A stretch of DNA of 5,019 bases from Octopus sinensis (taxonomy: Eukaryota): positions 1-5,019 of the forward strand of contig NW_021830214.1 of NCBI RefSeq assembly GCF_006345805.1, given 5' to 3'. Below the pieces are notes generated by a model, which was not told the origin of the DNA, did no database searches, and saw nothing but the letters and a program-made list of their open reading frames with translations. The translations under genes were made by a program, and so were the position numbers. The first letter of the stretch is position 1; each line of letters begins with the position of its first letter. Shown here piece after piece: positions 1 to 5,019 of this stretch.

Positions 1-76
1 ATAAAACGACACGCAAAATGAGAAATTTTTTTAAGTCGGAGTTTGCAGCCAAAAATATCTGGTTCGGTTACCCTCG

Positions 77-86
77 ACCGGAAGTG
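77..86 (+). promoter_or_regulatory. ETS-class consensus motif ACCGGAAGTG (speculative function)
   Basis: Exact match to the ELK/GABPA-type consensus in a small CpG-containing patch, 15 nt upstream of CAG|GTAAAG. A single 10-mer can occur by chance or inside a repeat. Confidence 0.2.
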
Positions 87-123
87 TTTTATCTACCACA
101 GGTAAAGAAGTACAGTTGCTTTA

Positions 124-163
124 TTCCTTTCCTTTCCTTTTAATTATTTATTTATTTATTTAT
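124..163. repeat. Short (TTTCC)n and (TATT)n simple repeats
   Basis: ttcctttcctttcc at 124-137 and ttatttatttatttatttat at about 144-163. Confidence 0.8.
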
Positions 164-476
164 CTATATATTTATTTGTATTAATTTTCTCGTAGTACAG
201 TAACAAGGCTTCCATTTCTGCACGCAAATATTTCTTATCTTTATATATTTTATATATATTTGATCTCTTCTTTTCGTGTATTTGTTTCATCTCTCTCTCC
301 CTCTCCTTCCCTCCTCTTAAGTATTTTGTTTTATTTTTTCTTTAGCTTTCCCAACATCATGCTAACACGCTCACATCATCATTATTATTTTTTTACACTC
401 TATTTTCTACACTTGTTTTGTTGTTGTTCTGTTTGTGCTCTTTTCTGTCGATCCGACCGCCTGCCTTAGCCTACAG

Positions 477-500
477 GCCGGACACAATCGCTCTCGATAG
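477..500 (+). other. Candidate 24-nt microexon (speculative)
   Basis: Long pyrimidine-rich, AG-free tract (346-467), CTACAG|G acceptor (476/477) and AG|GTAAAA donor (500/501). Motif evidence only; no homology recognised. Confidence 0.25.
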
Positions 501-640
501 GTAAAATAATTAACGGTTTGTGGGACACTTTGACTCTCACCTAGGTCAGCGTGTTTCAAAGTGGTGAAAGAGGGTGCCCGGGAGAAGGCAGTGAAGAATG
601 AAAGGTGGGAGGGGCTGGTGAATTGCCATGTTCAATACTT

Positions 641-820
641 CAATGGTTCTCAACCAGGTTCACCATGGCCCTTGGGGGCGGGAGTGCCACATAAGATTTT
701 ACTGTTAAAATTTATGTCCAATAAATTGTTGATACTTGCACAGCACACAAAATATATTTAGCAATTTTTATTATACAATTCCTAATAATATTTAATAATA
801 AAAAATATAATGGGACTTTT
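641..820 (+). mobile_element. hAT-like non-autonomous DNA transposon (MITE), left arm, truncated at about 820
   Basis: Starts CAATGGTTCTCAACC, matching the CAGTGGTTCTCAACC terminus typical of hAT/Charlie MITEs. Bases 717-820 align with the reverse complement of 2967-3012 plus 3409-3460, a second copy in the window. Confidence 0.75.
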
Positions 821-967
821 TGGGGGGAGAGACTTCCTCCCCCCCCCCCCAATTTTCTCGGGTTTTTTTTTTTTTCAAAAAACCCCCCGTTTTCGGATAC
901 GGAGATTCCGGAAAATTGCAAAAATCGGCATTTTGAAATTGTCAGTCCCTTCCCCATTCCCCCACCC

Positions 968-1011
<44 letters not shown>

Positions 1012-1075
1012 ATATATCATATATAAAAATATATATATATATACATATACACATATATATATATGTATATATGTA

Positions 1076-1112
<37 letters not shown>

Positions 1113-1129
1113 ATGTATATACATATATA

Positions 1130-1187
<58 letters not shown>

Positions 1188-1194
1188 GTGTATA
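968..1194. repeat. Compound (AT)n/(GT)n microsatellite
   Basis: (TA)n 968-990, (TG)10 991-1010, then interrupted (TA)n to about 1190. Produces the YI-repeat ORFs. Confidence 0.97.
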
Positions 1195-1503
1195 GTGAAG
1201 GCACGTGGATTAGGTGTTAAGGTTATTCGGCTCACGATCGTGAGTTCGATTCCCGGCGACGCGTTGTGTCCTTGAGCAAGACACTTCATTTCACGTTGTT
1301 CCAGTTCACTCAGCTGGTAAAAATGAGTTGCACCTGTATTTCAAAGGGCCGGCCTTGTCACACACTGTGCACTGTGTCACGCTGAATCTCCCTGAGAACT
1401 ACGTTAAGAGTACCCGTTAATTTCACCCCGTTAATTTTACGAGCGGGCTGTTTCATTGATAGGATCAAGTGGAACCCACGTCGTCGTAACCGACGGAGTG
1501 CCA
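1195..1503 (+). mobile_element. tRNA-derived SINE with CORE-like central domain (octopus type, possibly OR2-related)
   Basis: A-box-like TGGATTAGGTG (1206-1216) and B-box GAGTTCGATTC (1242-1252). CORE-like GTGTCCTTGAGCAAGACACTT...CAGTTCACTCAGCTGGTAAAAATGAG follows. Ends GTCGTAACCGACGGAGTGCCA, the 3' end I recall for an abundant Octopus SINE. Family name is from memory. Confidence 0.8.
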
Positions 1504-1572
1504 TTTTTTTTAGTTTATATATATAGCAATGCAAATTCTATTATATTTTTGTATTAAAAAAAGATCATAATG

Positions 1573-1775
1573 AAAGGGACGAACATACAGAATCGTTTCA
1601 GCGCCGGTCAAAATGCTTAGCAGCGCTTTGCCTGATTTTAGGTACTGAGTTCAAATTTCGCCCATGTCGATTTTTGCCATTCATCCTTTCGGGGTCGATA
1701 AAATAAGTACCAGTCAATATAATCAATTATTCTCACCCCAACAATCTCAGGCCTTACATCTATATTAGAAAAGGT
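1573..1775 (+). mobile_element. tRNA-derived SINE, Meta/MESC-like core, copy A
   Basis: Head CAGAATCGTT...CAAAATGCTTAGC, B-box GAGTTCAAATT (1647-1657), core TCATCCTTTCGGGGTCGATAAAATAAGTACCAGT and tail TCAGGCCTT...TTAGAAAAGG. Homologous to 4418-4752. Confidence 0.8.
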
Positions 1776-1926
1776 TTTCATATAAAGAAAAGAGGAAACT
1801 AAAAGAAATTGATTTATATTTTAGATGGTATTTGGTACGTTACATAAAGAAACTACCTCCCTAAATGGAACTTCCTTTAAGGGCAATTATATTTTGTCTT
1901 TTATGTTGTTTTTCATACTTGTTTTG

Positions 1927-1962
1927 GTTGTTGTTGTTGTTGTTGTTGTTGTTATTGTTGTT
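1927..1962. repeat. (GTT)n microsatellite
   Basis: Direct reading; source of the poly-V and poly-L ORFs at 1825-2083. Confidence 0.95.
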
Positions 1963-2014
1963 TTCTTTTTTCATATGCGTTGTAAAACTTGCACCGTTTT
2001 TTGTGATTCATAAA

Positions 2015-2232
2015 CGTGATGGCCCTTGTTTATCGTTAGGGCATCAGACAAAATGCTTTGCTGTACGGTTCTTAGTGTCCTGACTTCAAATCCCGCGGAG
2101 GGCAACTTTGCATTTCCTAACCTTCGGGAATCATGAAATGAAGCACCTTCTCAATCAAGTACTGAGATCGCCAGAGCCGATTCCCACCCACTCTTCACAC
2201 TACACATCTCAAAGCAATTTTCAGACCTTGGC
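2015..2232 (+). mobile_element. Degenerate SINE of the same family, copy B
   Basis: ATCGTTAGGGCATCAGACAAAATGCTTTG head, GACTTCAAATCCC B-box (2082-2094), GAGGGCAACTTTGCATTTC core, CAAGTACTGAGATCG, and tail AATTTTCAGACCTTG. Left boundary approximate. Confidence 0.65.
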
Positions 2233-2239
2233 GTGAACA

Positions 2240-2310
2240 GGCACAATCCTTTCGAGCAGGTCAAAATGCTTAGCAGCATTTCGCCTGCTTTTAGGTTCTG
2301 AGTTCAAATT
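2240..2310 (+). mobile_element. SINE head fragment of the same family, copy C (3'-truncated after the B-box)
   Basis: 2259-2310 matches 1606-1657 at 47 of 52 positions and ends at GAGTTCAAATT. Confidence 0.75.
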
Positions 2311-2327
2311 AGAAAAAAATTTTGATT

Positions 2328-2495
2328 AAGGGTAGTCGGTTGGAAGAATCATTAAAGTGTTGGACAAAATACCTTGACGTATTTCTTCTAATTATTTATA
2401 TTTGGAGTTCAGATCCCACCACGGTCGACTTTCACCTTTCCGAAAGTCGATAAAATCAAATACCAGCCAAATATTATCGGCCTACCTCCTTCCCT
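2328..2495 (+). mobile_element. Degenerate SINE of the same family, copy D
   Basis: AGAATCATTAAAGTGTTGGACAAAATACC head, GAGTTCAGATCCC B-box (2405-2417), CGGTCGACTTTCACCTTTCCGAAAGTCGATAAAATCAAATACCAG core. Right boundary approximate. Confidence 0.65.
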
Positions 2496-2889
2496 CAGTT
2501 CCTTTTCAGAATCGTAATTTTTGTTGTATGAATCACAGGAATGCAGAAAATTGAATGAAAGCAAACTGTTCTTTTCCTTTTCATCGAGGGACTACTATTC
2601 CAAAACTCCGCCCATTATCCAAACATGTCCTTCTATTTTTCAAAGACGATTAGGTGTGATTTCAGTAATATTCAGACTGTATTTCTTGCTAATTCAGCGA
2701 CTGCATTCAGTTTCTTTATTTAGTTTGTGGTCATTAAAAGTGGATGTGAGGCGGTAACATTCGGTTTGTTTAAAATAATCAACCCTTCAACCCTTTCTTC
2801 AACCCAGTCTATCACATATGACAAACAGGATATATTTTTACTGGCGTCCATACATAACATACACATTTCCATCTTTTTAACCATTAAAG

Positions 2890-3012
2890 CGGTGGTTCTC
2901 AACCACTAGGGACTCCTTTGACGACTCTTTTACTCAGGAGGACCACCATAGCCATTCAGAGTTTAGAAAATCCTATTCTATTTTTATAATTAAATACTTT
3001 CAGGATTTCTAT
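2890..3012 (-). mobile_element. hAT-like MITE copy 2, right arm with TIR
   Basis: CGGTGGTTCTCAACC at 2890-2904; TGGTTCTCAACCA is identical at 644-656 and 2893-2905. The reverse complement of 2967-2996 (tatttaattataaaaatagaataggatttt) matches 790-819 (tatttaataataaaaaatataatgggacttt). Confidence 0.75.
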
Positions 3013-3408
3013 TCTTTTATTCTTTTACTTGTTTCAGTCATTTGACTGCGGCCATGCTGGAGCACTGCCTTTAGTCGAACAAATCGACCCCAGGACTTAT
3101 TCTTTGTAAGCCTAATACTTATTCTATCGGTTCTTTGGCCGAACCGCTAAGTTACGGGGACGTAAACACACCAACGTCAGTCGTCAAGCGATGGTGGGGG
3201 ACAAACATAGGCACACTCACAAATATATACATATATATACATATATATATATATACGTCGGGCTTCTTTTAGTTTCCGCCTACCAAATCCACTCACAAGG
3301 CATTGGTCGGCCCGAGGCTATAGAAGACACTTGCCCAAGATGCTACGCAGTGGGACTGAACCCGGAACCATGTGGTTGGGAAGCAAGCTTCTTACCATAC
3401 AACCACTC
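3013..3408 (-). mobile_element. tRNA-derived octopus-type SINE, near full length, with internal (AT)n tract
   Basis: On -: A-box-like TGGTTGTATGG (3395-3405), B-box-like GGGTTCAGTCC (3353-3363), CTTGGGCAAGTGTCTT (3324-3339), internal AT microsatellite (about 3221-3256), and 3' end GTGCTCCAGCATGGCCGCAGTCAAATGACTGAAACAAG with a (TAAAAGAA)-type tail. Matches an abundant Octopus SINE from recall. Confidence 0.85.
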
Positions 3409-3460
3409 AAAAAAATTCTTTTATTTTGAGTAGTGTAGAAGTATAACTAATTTATTGCAT
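3409..3460 (-). mobile_element. hAT-like MITE copy 2, continuation beyond the inserted SINE
   Basis: Reverse complement tgcaataaattagttatacttctacactactcaaaata aligns with copy 1 at 717-756 (tccaataaattgttgatacttgcacagcacacaaaata). Similarity is lost after about 3461. Confidence 0.7.
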
Positions 3461-3766
3461 GGAAATCGCGAAAGGAAAGGTATATACTACTGAGAAAGTG
3501 TAAAACAAAGTGATAACTAAAAATCTGAAAACGACATAGACGCTTAGGACAATCTCATCAAGAATTCTTTGAAAAGTCAAGGGTTAAAATTAGCGTTTTC
3601 TGAGTGGGGTTAGAAGGCAGCATGCCTGAAGCAGAATGTGGCTGTGGTTTTCGTGAGCCCTAATCTTCCCTGAGTGAGTTACCCTTCACTTTTGGGATCA
3701 TTATAGGGTTGTTAAAGCATTTGCAGTTTGTTTGTTGCTAGAATATAAACGGAGATTCATGCATGG

Positions 3767-3930
3767 ATACAAACATACACACACACGCACACATGTATGA
3801 ATGTATGTATGATAAAATATATATGGGTGTATACGTGTATGTGTGCGTGCGTGCGTGCGTGCATCTGTGTGTATGTGTGTGTGTGTGTGTGTGTGTGCAC
3901 GCGTGCATATATTCATGTATGCGTGTACAC
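3767..3930. repeat. Compound (AC)n/(GTAT)n/(GCGT)n/(GT)n microsatellite
   Basis: Direct reading; source of the HT- and VC-repeat ORFs at 3701-3988. Confidence 0.95.
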
Positions 3931-4417
3931 GGCAATGTTATACGGTGAATTAAAACTATTTGATCAGCTAAGATTATCTAAGCCATGAGTAACCAAAATA
4001 CCCTTCTATGAGTTCTTCTGTTAATAAAAAAAAACATGCAAGAACGATAACTTCATTAAGGTCAGCTGATCGAAATTTTGGAACGATACAAAACAAAAAT
4101 TAAGATTGCAATGAATATTGAATATTGCTATTAAAAGCCAACTGGCGAAAATATCAGACATGCTTCTGTCTTATTAGACCTCTTCAACAATACATATTCT
4201 ATTCAGTCGACACGGCTACGAGTGATCTCATAAACGGTGGAGCCCGATCTTGATTTTTATTGTATATTAACACGTGGTGCTACATTCTACATATACGAAT
4301 ACGTACAGCATTATTTTATGTATTTTGACTTATTGTATAATGTTGTCTACCGTACAGCATTGAATTTAAGCCATTTGCATTTGTGTCGCCTTTGTGACGT
4401 ATATGACAAAGATAATA

Positions 4418-4583
4418 AGAATCGTAAGCACGCCGGGTGAAACGCTTACTGGAATTTCATCTATCGCTACGTATCGAGTTCAAATTCCGCCGAGGTCGAC
4501 TTTGCCTTCCAATCTTCGGGGTCAATAAACTAAGTACCAGTGAAACACTGGGGTCGATGTAATTGACTAGCCCCCCCCCCCGC
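4418..4583 (+). mobile_element. SINE of the Meta/MESC-like family, copy E
   Basis: AGAATCGTAAGCACGCCGGG head, B-box GAGTTCAAATTC (4476-4487), CCGAGGTCGACTTTGCCTTCC core, AAGTACCAGTGAAACACTGGGGTCGATGTAATTGACTAG, then C11 (4571-4581). Confidence 0.85.
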
Positions 4584-4626
4584 AATTATTAACATTATTA
4601 TTAGTAGTAGTAGTAGTAGTAGTAGT
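4584..4626. repeat. (ATT)n to (AGT)n trinucleotide tract between SINE copies E and F
   Basis: attattattagtagtagtagtagtagtagtagt read directly. Confidence 0.95.
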
Positions 4627-4752
4627 CCGTGGTTGACTTTACTTTTCATCCTTTCGGGGTCGATAAACTAAAGTACCAGTGAAACACTGGGGTCAATGTA
4701 ATCGACTAGTCCCCTCCCACCAAATTTCAGGCCTTGTGCTTTATTAGAAAGG
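4627..4752 (+). mobile_element. 5'-truncated SINE of the same family, copy F, with intact 3' end
   Basis: Core TTTCATCCTTTCGGGGTCGATAAAC. Shares an exact 24-mer with copy E (4671-4694 = 4532-4555). Tail AAATTTCAGGCCTTGTGCTTTATTAGAAAGG runs into (ATT)n. Confidence 0.85.
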
Positions 4753-4790
4753 ATTATTATTATTATTATATTATATCATCATCATCATCA

Positions 4791-4822
<32 letters not shown>

Positions 4823-4843
4823 GTTATTATTATTATTATTATT
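4753..4843. repeat. (ATT)n/(CAT)n/(TAT)n compound trinucleotide tract
   Basis: Direct reading; serves as tail of SINE copy F and, on the other strand, of the element at 4844-5019. Confidence 0.95.
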
Positions 4844-5019
4844 GAGTGAGAGAGCAGTTCATGCCATCAAAGTGAGACTGGGGTAAAATATACGAAGCCC
4901 AATATACCCATCATGACTACCCGTCTGATAAGGGTACACCAGCACATGCATCACAACCATATGTGCGCGACATGGTGATCTCATATGAAGATAAACAGCA
5001 CATGACCTTGCAGGTGGGG
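4844..5019 (-). mobile_element. Probable 3' end (UTR) of a non-LTR retroelement or its derivative, with (AAT)n tail; runs off the window
   Basis: On -, complex sequence ends ...GGCATGAACTGCTCTCTCACTC and is followed directly by (AAT)n. It resembles a repeat I recall from Octopus genomes. No coding part is visible, so the clade cannot be assigned. Confidence 0.5.

Noticed and set aside
260-469. 69-aa F/L/S-rich ORF resembling a membrane peptide
   Set aside because: Non-ATG start; translation of a polypyrimidine tract.
561-761. 66-aa ORF
   Set aside because: GTG start and runs through a MITE TIR and arm.
1195-1265. tRNA gene (also considered for the heads at 3345-3408 and 4418-4490)
   Set aside because: A/B boxes are present, but there is no complete cloverleaf and each continues into a SINE body.
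712-1289. ORFs of 157, 136 and 90 aa
   Set aside because: Built from (AT)n/(GT)n and homopolymer runs (YI and VC repeats) that lack stop codons; no domain-like sequence.
1825-2083. Poly-V and poly-L ORFs; also a possible 10-nt exon ag|ATGGTATTTG|gtacgt (1825-1834)
   Set aside because: ORFs come from (GTT)n and extend into a SINE. The splice signals have a weak pyrimidine tract and a non-triplet length.
2521-2909. ORFs of 60-78 aa in unique-looking sequence
   Set aside because: Short, no recognisable motif, other frames full of stops, and two overlap the MITE TIR.
641-2996. Single MITE broken by a 2.2-kb inversion
   Set aside because: The 8-bp flanks differ (CAATACTT versus reverse complement CTTTAATG) and the arms overlap by about 100 bp, so they are two independent copies.
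3191-3433. 80-aa ORF
   Set aside because: Antisense reading of a SINE; such peptides are typical repeat-derived mis-annotations.
3701-3988. Four overlapping HT/VC-repeat ORFs
   Set aside because: Dinucleotide microsatellite artefacts.
4237-4440. 67-aa ORF
   Set aside because: GTG start, no homology recognised, ends inside a SINE head.
1573-4752. CRISPR-like or ncRNA array from the recurring GAGTTCAAAT and GGGGTCGATAAA motifs
   Set aside because: Irregular spacing, divergent copies, eukaryotic context and no cas genes; fully explained by dispersed SINE copies.

Overview
No protein-coding gene, RNA gene or prokaryotic system is supported here. This is AT-rich, repeat-dense eukaryotic non-coding DNA (intron or intergenic). 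The SINE motifs match, from my recall and not from a database search, the tRNA-derived SINEs of Octopus and related coleoid cephalopods. Contents: (i) six full or partial copies of one tRNA-headed SINE family, all on +, carrying a GTCGAC...CCTTTCGGGGTCGATAAA...AAGTACCAG core (Meta/MESC-like); (ii) one CORE-like SINE on + (1195-1503); (iii) one SINE of a third family on - (3013-3408); (iv) two partial copies of a non-autonomous hAT-type MITE, one split by the third SINE; (v) the probable 3' end of a non-LTR element on - at the right edge; (vi) many microsatellites, which explain nearly all supplied ORFs. The best-supported observations concern transposon architecture: nesting, module sharing and local duplications. 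The only gene-like hint is a speculative exon-intron-microexon pattern at 18-506. I do not see a convincing novel biological system.
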